DNA of 63,320 nucleotides, the filler included, from Thraustochytrium aureum (Eukaryota): assembly GCA_012862495.1 (NCBI GenBank). It is 6 parts of 5 records of this genome, joined end to end, with 100 filler letters (N's around TTAATTAATTAA, not from the genome) between each part and the next. Parts side by side here need not be neighbours in the genome. Positions count along the whole stretch, not along the records: positions 1 to 13,549 come from BLSG01000428.1; 5 more parts are not named here. One strand, 5' to 3'. Below the pieces are notes generated by a model. The model was not told where the DNA came from. It searched no databases and saw only the letters and a program-made list of their open reading frames with translations. Shown here one piece after another: positions 1 through 11,055 of the stretch. The number at the start of each line of letters is the position of its first letter. The stretch's first letter is position 1. A program made the position numbers and the translations under genes.

Positions 1-1
1 C

Positions 2-695
2 CCCAGAAAGCGGAGCCCCAAACCTCGGGGCACAAGACAGGCGCGACGACTCGGGCGCAGTCGTCTCAAAAGAGACGTCGGCATCCAGGCTTTTCAAAAT
101 GCGCTGCCAAGACACACCATGAAGACAACCTCACTCGACGCCATCCGCGCCGCAGTGCTTGTACGCTGCCGCGTGTACGACGCTCTACGCGCACTACAGC
201 AACCGTCAATTCTTAACGCTCAAGATGGAAGCAAGGATGGCCGAGCAGAGAGCGATCGACACGATGCTGAACTGGGTCACGCACGGAAAGACCCTGCCGC
301 TGGGCATAGGAGACGGGAGCAAGACCACCGGGTTTAAGGGCACCTCGCCCGGAGGACCCACCAAAAAGATCAAACGTCACGCCGTCAAATCCGGCTACGA
401 GCTGGTGCTGGTCAACGAGGCCTACACCTCCAAGCGCTCGGCTTGCTGCCAGGGGTATGACATGAAGGCTATGCAGAGACAGGCTGCCCAACGGGGAAAC
501 CGAAGACATCTATGGACTGCGCATTTGCACAAAATGCGGCAAGACGTGGGACGGGATCTCAGCGCGGCCATCAACATCTTTGACGTCTTCTACAACCAAG
601 TGGTGTTGGGTGAACCCCGTCCGCCGCACCTGAATAAAATACGCGATACCGGGCTTCTGGGAAGGACATGGCATTCGCAACTCATTTTAGGTTGA
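2..695 (+). mobile_element. Fanzor1 (eukaryotic TnpB-like RNA-guided RuvC nuclease), C-terminal half; 5' truncated by window edge, about 3 frameshifts
   Basis: Joining frames gives ...KTTSLDAI...LYAHYSNRQFLTLKMEARMAEQRAIDTMLN...LGIGDGS..GFKGTSPGGPTKKI...LVLVNEAYTSKRSACC...(frame 1, 481-552) EDIYGLRICTKCGKTWD / RDLSAAINI...RPPHL. This shows the Fanzor1-type G-D-x/GP segment, the relocated (D/N)E-x-x-TS glutamate, the Zn ribbon and RuvC-III RDxxAAxNI. Confidence 0.85.
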
Positions 696-781
696 GCCTT
701 CCGCTCGCTTACAATGAGATAGTATTGGGCAATTCGTGTCGTCGTGCCTAAAAGGCCATCCCGGGTTACCCGAATCCACTA
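647..781 (+). ncRNA. Candidate Fanzor omegaRNA scaffold overlapping the ORF 3' end
   Basis: Hand-folded: 15-bp hairpin 681-718 with CUUCC loop; stem UGGGCA 726-731 / UGCCUA 745-750; closing helices CCGGG 649-653 / CCCGG 760-764 and AUGGC 668-672 / GCCAU 755-759. Position matches TnpB/Fanzor omegaRNAs. Confidence 0.6.
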
Positions 782-3060
782 CTAGACCTCCTCGTACACG
801 CGCTTGGCGTCGCCGACGAGCTCGTTCGTGACTGGCCGAAACACGAACGACGGCGACGACACTGCGTTCGAATTCGACCGAGCCGGCCTCTGCTGAGCCC
901 GCGGCGACTGCGGGGACCTCGGGGCCGCGTTCTCCTGAAACGGCGGGCTGCGAGGGCTCGGGGCCTTTCGCGGGGGAAGCGTCGGCGGGCGAAAGAAGGA
1001 GCGAAAGCTCTCCGCCATGCTGTGCTTGGTCGGGCGAGGTGTTATGACGGATTGCGTTGCACGCCCCGCTCGCGGGCGAGGCGTTATGTCTGATTGCTTG
1101 CGCGTTCAGAGCGCGGGGACGACCTTGCGAAACCTGAACAGGACTGTATCTGCTGCCTTGGAGTGCTTCGGCTTCGCTGGCCACCTTTTTAATCCCCTCG
1201 TGGAGGCCATCGCGAAGCCCGCGCTGCAGGCCCTGCTCGTAGCCTTCTTGGATGCCGCGCTCAATGCCGTGGTTCCTCCCCTGCTGCACGCCTTCCACGA
1301 ATCCGCGCTGTATTCCCTGTTGCTTGCCCTCCTCGATTCCTCGCTGGAGGCCCTCGTTGACCCCGTGCTGAAGGCCTTGTTGCAAACCCCGCTCGAGCCC
1401 CTCGCGAATGCCGCGCTCGAGGCCCTCCCTGCGCGCTTCGTCCATCGCGCGCTGCTGCAGCTCCCATGTGTCGGGCGTTGCGACCGGGGCAAACGGCATC
1501 GCCATCACCGGGCTCGGAGGAGGCCCAGACGGTGGGCCATTGCCCTTCCAGCCATGGTCGGGCCCATTCACTGGCAGCGCGGCGACGGCGTACTGGCCCA
1601 CGACCATTTCGCGCCGCCGCTTGGTCACGGTCCCAAGCCACACTGCGAACCACACCAAGGCCAGAACGCCGCCGCCGCCCGCGAGGGCCAGCACCGCGAC
1701 GTCCACGTTGGCGAATAGGCCTTGGCCACTTGCGCCATCCACCGAGCCGGCGACAGCAGTCGTGGTCGGCGATGCGGTGGCGTTTGCGCCAGTGGGCACT
1801 GCAGTGGTCGTGGCAGCGGTCGGGGCCGCTGTCGGGGCGGCGGCGACATCGAGTTCCGCCACCAGCAACGACCCTGGCTCAGTGAGGCCGTCGTGGAAGA
1901 GCACGAGCGCCTTGGAGCCTTGTTCAAGAAACCCGACCCCGACAGTCCCGTACAGGTTGACTTTCTCCGGCGCGTTTGGCATCCCAGTCACCTGCAAAGG
2001 CGCCGCCCAGCCGCTGGCACTGGTCAAGCCTGCGCTCCTTGAATACCACACAGCGTTTGATGGGTTGTCTGTTGATGCCCACGCTGCGACGCAGACGGCT
2101 GCGGTACAGACGACGCCAGGCAGTGCGAGGCCGCCTACTGGTGGCTGGTGCAGCACGGCGAAAGGGGCGAACGAAGCGCCGCCGTCAGAGGAGTGGGCAA
2201 CCTCCATGTAGCTCACGGAGCTCCCCGTGGAAAACTGTCCGCAAACACCACGCACTTCGCGTCCGTCTGGCAAGTGATGTCGGGACGACCCCGCCGCGCA
2301 TTGCCTTCAAGTGCGAGAGTTTGCGGAGACTGTTCGATCGCCGTTGGGGCGGTCCACGAGACCCCCAAGTCCGTGCTGCGCAGAGTGTAGACACGGTCGG
2401 CCGAGGTTCCTGTTGGCGAGCCCACGGCCATGATAGCGCAGGTCGCTCCGCTTGGCGCGCAGGCCACTTTCACAGCCTTGAAGCGGACAGAGTTCACAGA
2501 GACACTCGCAAGAGCCTCTGCCGCCGCCCAAGTCTGCCCGCCGTCTGCGGACCGCGTCAGGTAGAGGATGGCCTCGGTGTCAACAACCACAGTGACAGCC
2601 AAGCATGTGCTTCCAGCGCAAGCCAAGTTGGGTCGCTCCTTTGTCCCGGCCACCGGAAACGGCAGCGCCACTGGCGATGCCCAGCTGCTACCCTGCAAAA
2701 CCAAGGCGTGCAAAGCTAATTGGTCCAGCTGGCGCCACACCATTGTGCACGCAGCCCCAACAATCGAGCTGCGGGNNNNNNNNNNNNNNNNNNNNNNNNN
2801 NNNNNNNNNNNNNNNNNNNNNNNNNNNNNNNNNNNNNNNNNNNNNNNNNNNNNNNNNNNNNNNNNNNNNNNNNNNTCGTTGCCCTCAATTACAGCCACGC
2901 ACTGCCCGCCTGTTCGGCACCCGACTTGCGGCCTGCGCAAGTTGGTCGACGGCGGCGCGGTGATCCTCCCGGCCACTTGAAACGCGTACGCCGCGCCAAG
3001 TCCGTCGACGGCCGCAAGTGCCAGCACGACGGCGGCCCAACACGCCCTCTGCAGCCCCAT
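782..3060 (-). CDS. Signal-peptide, BNR/Asp-box (sialidase-fold-like) single-pass membrane protein with a cytoplasmic GxxxG repeat tail; frameshifted and gapped
   Basis: Signal MGLQRACWAAVVLALAAVDGLGA (ATG 3060); Asp-boxes RSADGGQTW, RSTDLGVSW, HSSDGGASF; TM VAVLALAGGGGVLALVWFAVWL; (GLERGIREG)n tract. The C-terminus is either ORF 782-1018 or read-through to 687. Confidence 0.65.
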
Positions 3061-3917
3061 CGCTCGCCTCGGCCAGTTCGTCTCAACGGCCCGAGCCAGT
3101 CGGACGTTGGACGTTGACGCGAGTCTCTCAATGATCGTGTTCGGGAACTGCCGCAGCCGTGGCACGCTCGCGCATCCGTCACATTGGTTCAATCAAAAGC
3201 GCTGGTTCAAAACTGTGCACCACAGCCCAGGACCGAGTAAAAACTGGGCCGCCCTGGCGCGTTGCAGGCCAAACTTGGGCTCGCGCCCTCGCCCGATGTG
3301 GGACTTGATCACGCCGTAGAGCGCCACCGCGCACACCGAGTCGGTCGCCGAGCACCTACTCCCTCGCCACATGGCCATCCGAATCATTGCACGATCATCG
3401 CTGACCAAATGCGCGGGGCTGCATGGGTTCCAGGAGCCTGCGCGACCCGTCGCACCGCGAGCTTGACCTTTGCGCCAAAACCGCCTGCAGCAGAACAGCT
3501 GGCCACGCCATGCCGCGTCGTGCCGTTCCGAGCGGTGTTGTCCAACATTCCGGGTCGCCTGGCGATGCAAAACACGAAAACACGAGGCTCGGAGTCCCAT
3601 ACCTGGTACGATCTGATCGTTTCGCGCGAGACGATCAGACACTATTGTATCCCGCTGCGGGTGCCCCTTTGTGCAAAGTCAAGAGTTGTAATGGTTGGAT
3701 GCGGACGCAGCTTTGGACGGACGGAGACCTGCAAGGCTGCGTCCGACGCACTGACGCATGGACGCGTTTGACGCGTGCGAAGGGCTGCAGAGCGCGGTGC
3801 CGGCCACGCTGCGTGTCGCGCGTTGATTGATATTGGTCTGTCCAGTCAACGGCAGCTTAGACAACGCTCGGTTGCACACCGGGCTCGGGAGCGTTTGCTG
3901 GGCGCGGGAGCACCGCG

Positions 3918-5317
3918 ATGGCCAAGCGGAAGCGCGACGAAGAGGCTGCGGCGGACGCGGGCGCACAAGGCGTGGCGAGCGATGCCAAGAAGGCCAAGAA
4001 AGACAAGAAGGACAAGAAAGACAAGAAAGACAAGAAGGACAAGAAATCGAAAAAGGCAAAGTCCAGCTCCGCCCCGGAGCAGGAGGTTGTGCTCAAGCCC
4101 AAAAAGGCCAAACCGAGCAACAAAGCTCCGGAGCAGGAGGTCGTGCTCAAGCCAAAGAGCAAAACGAGCAGCATTGCTGCAGAAGAAGAGGTCGTGCCCA
4201 CGCTCAAGCACAAATCGAAAAAGGATCGCGACGAACCCGCAGCCACCACAGAGCCTGCAGCCGACGCGGCACCAATCGAGGAGGCCGAGGCGGCCGCCCG
4301 GCCAGAGCCGAACGAGCATGCCGCACCGGACGCCGACGCTGGAGACGGTGTGACGAATAGCGTCTTCGTCGGCAACCTGTCCTACAAGATCGACGAGGAC
4401 ATCATGTACGAGACCTTCAAAGACTGCGGCACAAATGGGTACGACTCGATCGTGGCCGTCAGGTTCGGCGTCGACGACAACGGCGAGTTTAAGCGCTACG
4501 CGCACGTAGACTTTGACACCCCCGATGCAGCGCGCAACGCTCTGCAGCTCGAGGGGACCCGCGTGCTTGGCAACGAGCTTCGCGTGCAGCTCGCCGCGGG
4601 CAGGCCAACAAAAGGCAAGGCGCCCAAGAAGGGCGGCACCTTCATTAAGCCGCTCAAGCCGGCGGACAACCCAAACTTTGTGGACCGTTGCTGCGTAAAA
4701 ACCTGTCGTACGACATCTCCGAGGAAGTCCTTTTCCAGGCGTTTGAGGACCAAGGCGTCGAGTGCAAGACGGTCAACTGGATCAACGACCGCGAAACGGG
4801 ACAGTTCTACGGGACTACGTTTGTCAGCTTTGCCACCTGCGAGGACGCTGCGTGGGCCGTGGCCTGCTCGGAGGCCGGCATGACTATTCTTGACCGCCAT
4901 GTGAAGGTGGAGTTCTGCCCGCACCGAAACGACAAGCGCAAGGCAGGGCAGACCTCGGCGGCGGCGTCAGCCAGTGGCCACGCCAAACGGACCGACACGG
5001 CTCGCCCACCCTCGGCGAGGCCCGAGGGCGGGACGCGCACTGCGTTCTTTGGGAACCTTGCGTTCGAGATCACGGACGAGCAACTGATTGACTTTTGCAA
5101 GGAGATTGGCGTCCCCAAGAAAATCCGCTGGCTTGAGCACAAGGAAACCAACGAGTTCAAAGGCGCAGGTTTCGCCGACTTTGCTGATCCGGAGACCGTG
5201 GACAAGCTCGTCAAGGCGAAGAACGGCAAAAAGCTCTTGGGCCGCATCGTCCGTGTCGACTACGCCCCAAGCACGAAGCGCGCGACCCCGGCGGCGCCGG
5301 CGCAGGACGCACAGTGA
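3918..5317 (+). CDS. Nucleolin/NSR1-like protein with a K/D-rich N-terminus and three RRMs; frameshift near 4698
   Basis: RNP2/RNP1 motifs VFVGNLSY..KRYAHVDF, (V)KNLSYD..YGTTFVSF and AFFGNLAF..KGAGFADF; KKDKKD repeats. Confidence 0.85.
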
Positions 5318-5688
5318 GCAGGCTGTTCGCCTCTCTTTCGCTTGCGAGCTCTTCGACCATGCCCTCCGGCTGGCCGGGCGGTGGGTTCGGGTTGGGCTCG
5401 CGTCTCGTTCGCGGTCCGTGCCAATCATGGCCGCACTCGCGAAACAACGGCGATTGGCGCTGACACTTCAGTAGAGAACCTACCAGCTAAAGCTAAATCC
5501 CACCGCGAGAGCAGCGACACGGCGGGGCTGATGAATGGATGGCCCAGGCTCAATTGCAACTCGCCGCTCGACGACAAGCCGCGTCGGACTTGCGCCGCCA
5601 CATCCGCCACCTCAAAACCTCCAAACCCCAACGGACACTTGGAAAACAATTACGGTGCGTGCAAGCAGACCAGAGCGCCACGCGTGCG

Positions 5689-5733
5689 AGTCGCGCAAAG
5701 CTTGCAAGTCGCGCAAAGCTTGCAAGTCGCGCA
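5689..5733 (+). repeat. 18-bp tandem repeat (GTCGCGCAAAGCTTGCAA), about 2.5 copies, intergenic
   Basis: Read directly from the sequence. Confidence 0.8.
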
Positions 5734-5847
5734 CTAGCTTGCGCAGGCAGTGGGGAGGGGGCGGTTGCGCCGTGTATCGATTGCGCTGGGCCTGCCGAGA
5801 AGCGCAGGTCCTGAGCGACCGCCACTTTGCGATTTTGGGGCGAAACA

Positions 5848-8521
5848 ATGGCCTCGAGCGCGGCCGAGTCTGTGCTGTTCAACGCCGCGCTGCCAGTGGT
5901 CGCGCCCTGCACACGAGCGCACGTGGTGGTGGCCCATCGCCTCGCAGTACGAGGCGAATTAAATGTGAGGGCGACGATCACCTATTCTGATGGCCACGGC
6001 CAGCGGGCGACGCACGACTTTGACGTGTGGTTTGCCGACAGATCTATCGATGCCGCGGCGGGCCAAGCGCGCGCGCAAGCGCGCGCCATGGAGCTTGCGC
6101 GAGCGATTCGCTTCAGCTTTGTTGGCATCAAGCCAATTCTCTACCTGGATGCGAGCAGCGCGCAAGTGCGCCCAGAACTCATGCTCGTACGCGGGGCAAA
6201 GGTTCAGGTCAGGGTGGGCAGCGGCGCCCTGCCCCTCGGAAAGGTCTCGCGCGTGTGTCTAAATGGCAACGTCAACGTGCACCTGGTGGACGGCTCGAAG
6301 ATGCGAGATGTTGCGNNNNNNNNNNNNNNNNNNNNNNNNNNNNNNNNNNNNNNNNNNNNNNNNNNNNNNNNNNNNNNNNNNNNNNNNNNNNNNNNNNNNN
6401 NNNNNNNNNNNNNNNNNNNNNNNNNNNNNNNNNNNNNNNNNNNNNNNNNNNNNNNNNNNNNNNNNNNNNNNNNNNNNNNNNNNNNNNNNNNNNNNNNNNN
6501 NNNNNNNNNNNNNNNNNNNNNNNNNNNNNNNNNNNNNNNNNNNNNNNNNNNNNNNNNNNNNNNNNNNNNNNNNNNNNNNNNNNNNNNNNNNNNNNNNNNN
6601 NNNNNNNNNNNNNNNNNNNNNNNNNNNNNNNNNNNNNNNNNNNNNNNNNNNNNNNNNNNNNNNNNNNNNNNNNNNNNNNNNNNNNNNNNNNNNNNNNNNN
6701 NNNNNNNNNNNNNNNNNNNNNNNNNNNNNNNNNNNNNNNNNNNNNNNNNNNNNNNNNNNNNNNNNNNNNNNNNNNNNNNNNNNNNNNNNNNNNNNNNNNN
6801 NNNNNNNNNNNNNNNNNNNNNNNNNNNNNNNNNNNNNNNNNNNNNNNNNNNNNNNNNNNNNNNNNNNNNNNNNNNNNNNNNNNNNNNNNNNNNNNNNNNN
6901 NNNNNNNNNNNNNNNNNNNNGACGAGTGCGGTGCGCCTCGCCCAGCAGCAGAGACGACCCTCGTTGTGCCGAGCAAGGCTTATTCGGAGGCGCCAGCGCT
7001 TGCGCACAAGGCGACGAGGCTCTTCCTCCTGGTGCCGGCCTTGCTGCCAACGCGGAGGACCTCAAGAGCAAGATCTCGTCGCAAGAAAGCCGCTCCACGT
7101 CGACAAGCGGAAGCAGCAGTTCTGGGTCGGCATCGAGCGACACGGGGGATAGCAGCTCCGACACAAGCAGCGGAAGCAGTAGCAGCAGCGACAGCGACAG
7201 CGACGACGACGAAGAAGAAGAAGAAGAAGGGGAAACGAGCGACCCGGAAGGCGAAGCTGGCGCGGATGCCGAGAGCTCGTGCGACTCAGCGAGCAGCAGT
7301 GACACAGACTCGCCGCCCCCGCAAGGCTCGACATCGCGGCGATCCTCTACAAATAGCCAGCGCAGTCGGCTCGTCTCGAAACGGGATTCGCAGTCCAGCC
7401 AAACAAGTGCGCTCGAACCAGTTGGATCGCGGAGCTCGCCCGAAGCCGTTGCCGAGGCGATCGGGTCGAGCGGGCAAGCTCGGGTCATGTCGGTCACGTT
7501 CAACTGCTCGCAGAAGATACCAACAGCCGAGGTACTGACGCAACTCTTGCAGCCGCAAGCGCACGACATTTATACTGTCGCGCTTCAGAACCTCGACGCC
7601 AACCCGGTCGAGATGGAAGCCGCGCTCTGCATGGCGCTAGGCGAAGACTACTTGCCGATTCGATACTGCGCAATGCACGGGCTCCACCTCCTCGTCGCCG
7701 TGCACCTCACCCCTCCTGCCACTCGTCGAGCAGGTGGAGAGCGACCAGGTCTCGCTCGGCGTGGCTGTGACCAACCAGGACGACCGTAAGAAGGGGGCCG
7801 TGGCTGTCTCGTTCCGCCTTTGCGACAGGTCGTTTGGTTTGTCAACGCTCACCTGCGCGGGAAGGCGAACAACGTGGCCGCGAGGAACGCCAATTACCAC
7901 GAGATCAATGCGCGGCTCAAGCTGCCCAACGGCAAGCTGCAGACCACTGAGCCGCTGCTGGCGCGATTCGACTTTGCGTTTTGGATGGGCGACCTCAACT
8001 TTCGCGTCGGGATCTCGCCAGACGAGGGCTACGAGCTCTTGGAGAAGCCCGACTTTGAGGCGCTGTGGCGCCACGACCAACTGCTCAACAACAGGAGCGC
8101 CTTTCAGGGCTTCTCTGAGAGCGTTCTCAACTTTCCGCCGACGTTCAAGTACATCGAGGGGAGCGACATGTACAGCGAAAAGTCCTTTCCGTCCTGGACG
8201 GACCGCATCTTGCACAAGACGGACAGCCCATGTGAGGCGCTCGTCTACGATGCATTTGATTTCGCGCGGCAGTCGACGCACAGGCCGGTGTTTGCGGTGC
8301 ACCGGGTCGAGCTGGCCGAGCCCAACCAGATCTGGGACCTCTGGCATGCTCGGCAGGAGCTGCTCTTGCAGCACTCCTCGCCAGGCAGGGCCCAGGCTGG
8401 TAGTCAGCAGTTTGCCCCGGGGGACAGTGCGCTGAGCCTTAGAAAGGGAAAAGACGGAGCTGGCGCGGGCGCGGGCGCGAGCGAAGCAGCGCCGAAGAGC
8501 AAGGCCTGCTCGATCATGTGA
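5848..8521 (+). CDS. Inositol polyphosphate 5-phosphatase-domain (IPPc) protein with Ser/acidic linker; gap and about 2 frameshifts; the part before the gap may be a separate gene
   Basis: VTFNC, DIYTVALQ, KKGAVAV, FVNAHL, FWMGDLNFRV, DQL, FPPTFKY, PSWTDRIL, STHRPVFA. Confidence 0.8.
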
Positions 8522-8711
8522 GCCGCGGGCGAGACGCGCGTCGTCCTCCGTCGATGATCCAAGGCGCCATTGGCTAGCTACGAATGATTTCAAATGTTCA
8601 TGTTGACTACTTGCAAGCTGCCAGCCCTGACAGCACACCTGGCGCCCGGCCGCGAAACACGATACGCCTCTATACATCTGTAGAGAGATTGCGCCGGCTC
8701 CCGCCCGCGGG

Positions 8712-9263
8712 TCAGCTGAGCAGGCCGCGCACCGGCGTCGCGAGGTACGGTATTTTGCCCTGAATGCGCATTCGCCGGTACGCCGAGCGGATGTGCAGCG
8801 GGTGGATCGGCCCCTGGAACGATCCCATCTCCTCGCGCGCAAGCTCGATGAGCTCGCCGGCGAAGATCTTGGCGATGCCCCCCATGGCCACAGCGAGCTC
8901 GTTCGAGATGGTCTTGCTCCCAGACGCGTGGGTCATGAGTTTCTTCACCTTGTTCTTGTCAAAGCAGGACCTCCTGAACGACTCATACCTTTGCATCTGC
9001 TCCTCGCTGAACGTCGTCAGCAGCGCGCTCAGCCGCTGCCTCTCTTCCTCGCCTTCCTCGGCGCGCCGTTTCCCCTCACCGTCCTCCACAAACCTGACCC
9101 TCTTGTGCTCATCCTCGCCGGCCCCGCCAGCCTCCCGCCGCGCCTTCTTCTTCTTCGGCGCCTTGCGCTTCGCGTCGGCGTTGCCCGCGGGCACCGCGGC
9201 CGAGCTCTCGGACAGCCTGCGCTTGCCGCCCTTCGTCCTCCCGGCATCCCCGTCGTCCGACAT
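8712..9263 (-). CDS. TAF11: TFIID subunit 11 (TAFII28 histone fold)
   Basis: FSEEQMQRYESFRRS..KVKKLM..AVAMGGIAKIFAGELIELAR..GPIHPLHIRSAYRR; ATG at 9263. Confidence 0.92.
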   Translation of the reverse strand: MSDDGDAGRTKGGKRRLSESSAAVPAGNADAKRKAPKKKKARREAGGAGEDEHKRVRFVEDGEGKRRAEEGEEERQRLSALLTTFSEEQMQRYESFRRSCFDKNKVKKLMTHASGSKTISNELAVAMGGIAKIFAGELIELAREEMGSFQGPIHPLHIRSAYRRMRIQGKIPYLATPVRGLLS

Positions 9264-9735
9264 GGCGCCGCCGCGCGACGGAGACCGAAACCACGACAGC
9301 ACACTCGCGCGCACAGCAGCCGGCACGCACTCGCGGCGCCAAAATCGCCAAATCGCCCGCCCGCCCACTCGCTTGCGCGNNNNNNNNNNNNNNNNNNNNN
9401 NNNNNNNNNNNNNNNNNNNNNNNNNNNNNNNNNNNNNNNNNNNNNNNNNNNNNNNNNNNNNNNNNNNNNNNNNNNNNNNNNNNNNNNNNNNNNNNNNNNN
9501 NNNNNNNNNNNNNNNNNNNNNNNNNNNNNNNNNNNNNNNNNNNNNNNNNNNNNNNNNNNNNNNNNNNNNNNNNNNNNNNNNNNNNNNNNNNNNNNNNNNN
9601 NNNNNNNNNNNTTCGGTGCGGATCGCGGCATGCCGGGATGGGCGCGGATTTGATAGGCGGCAAGGTGACGCTCGCAAATGTGCTGGTGCTGATGATGGCC
9701 CGGGCTGCAGAGTCCTCACGGCGGCGCAGGCGCTC

Positions 9736-10934
9736 ATGGAGAACGGGACGGTCGTGATCGTGGGCGCGGTGGCTGGCAGCGAGCTCGGCGTGGATTTGAA
9801 GCGGTGGAGGCTCGGCGACAGGTTTTTGGGGGTGCGTATGGTGCCGCCTGGACTCAGGCTCGTGCATTATGATGCTGGCGGCGCGGCGGAGACGCGCGGG
9901 ATGTTTCTGCGGGTCGCCGCTGGCGAGGTCTTGGCACTGCGGTGGGATGCGCAGGTCGAGGCCTTTGTCGCTGTGGAATCTGGCCTGCGCGAGGCGATCG
10001 AGGCCCAAGTGAGGCGGTTCGAGCTGGATGACAGGCTTGGTCCGTACGACGCGTCGGGCCTCGCACAGTGGGATGGGCTGGCTGGGCTCGTCTCCACGGA
10101 GGTTCTCGAGCGGTGCGGGCTAGCCTGCGGCGATGTGATTGCGCAGGACCGGGGGGAGGAAGGTGGTGTGCGGTTTGTGGCGCCGCGGTTTTCGACGCTT
10201 CCGGACGTGCCAGCCCTCGTGCGCAGAGCAAGGAGCGAGGGCCTTGCGCGGCTCGAAGGGAAAAAGTACCTGCTTGACGAGAGAGGGGCGAGGCTCTCCG
10301 CGGCGCAGATCAGCACCCTCAACAGGACCCTTCCGCGCTGGTGGCGCGGATGCTCCAGGAGGACTTTGGCGGCGATCACGCGGTCTTTCTGGGCGAGCTG
10401 CAGCTGGCGTTCGTGGCATTTATGTACCTTGCCTCCATTGAAGGGATGCAGTACTGGAAAGTCGCAACCTCGCTGCTATGTCGCAGCGAGTCTCTGCGCC
10501 AGACGCATCCCCAGCTCATCCGGGGCTTTGCGCACGTTTTTGCTGCTCAATTTGGCGTCCTGCCCCGCGACCTCTTCACAGATGAAATGCTCCAAGACAG
10601 CTTTTTCAGAGAGGCGCTCGCAGATCTGCTTGATTGTAGCGAGGAAAAGGGGACCGTGCCCGCAGGGGTTCGCGACGGGCTCGATGCGCTTCGCGATGCG
10701 ATCGAGCGTCGATGCGGAAGATCTGTCTTGCGGCAGCTATCGATCGCGCAGGTTGATGAAGCGTTTGAAGCGCTGGCCATCCAAAATGCCTGCGCTCGAT
10801 CCAGCGTATGCGGTGAAACTCGGAGTGACGCGGCTGCTGCTGTGGCGGCGGCGCCGAAGCCAGAGCGCCCCGGGCCCGGGCACCAAGCCCGCATGGCCTG
10901 GATGCTGCCTCCCGAAGGCTCGGATGCCCTGTAG
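9736..10934 (+). CDS. AAR2: AAR2 U5 snRNP assembly factor; frameshift near 10330; start uncertain
   Basis: GSELGVDL..FLGVRMVPPG..VHY, LRWD, DDRLGPY, LGELQLAFVAF..QYWK..LLCRS. Divergent from TAF11. Confidence 0.85.
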
Positions 10935-11055
10935 CTTGCAAGTTCTCGAAGAGGCGTTGCTCATGTAAGACAGATGTTCCACCAACTCGGCCGAAGCAAG
11001 AAAGTAAGCAAGTTAGAATGTGCGCAGCGTCTACCTCGACGAGCGCGAGGCGCGA

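Noticed and set aside
8764..10968. 734-aa ORF and other long antisense or N-spanning ORFs
   Set aside because: A chimera of TAF11 antisense, N gap and AAR2; high GC makes shadow ORFs common.
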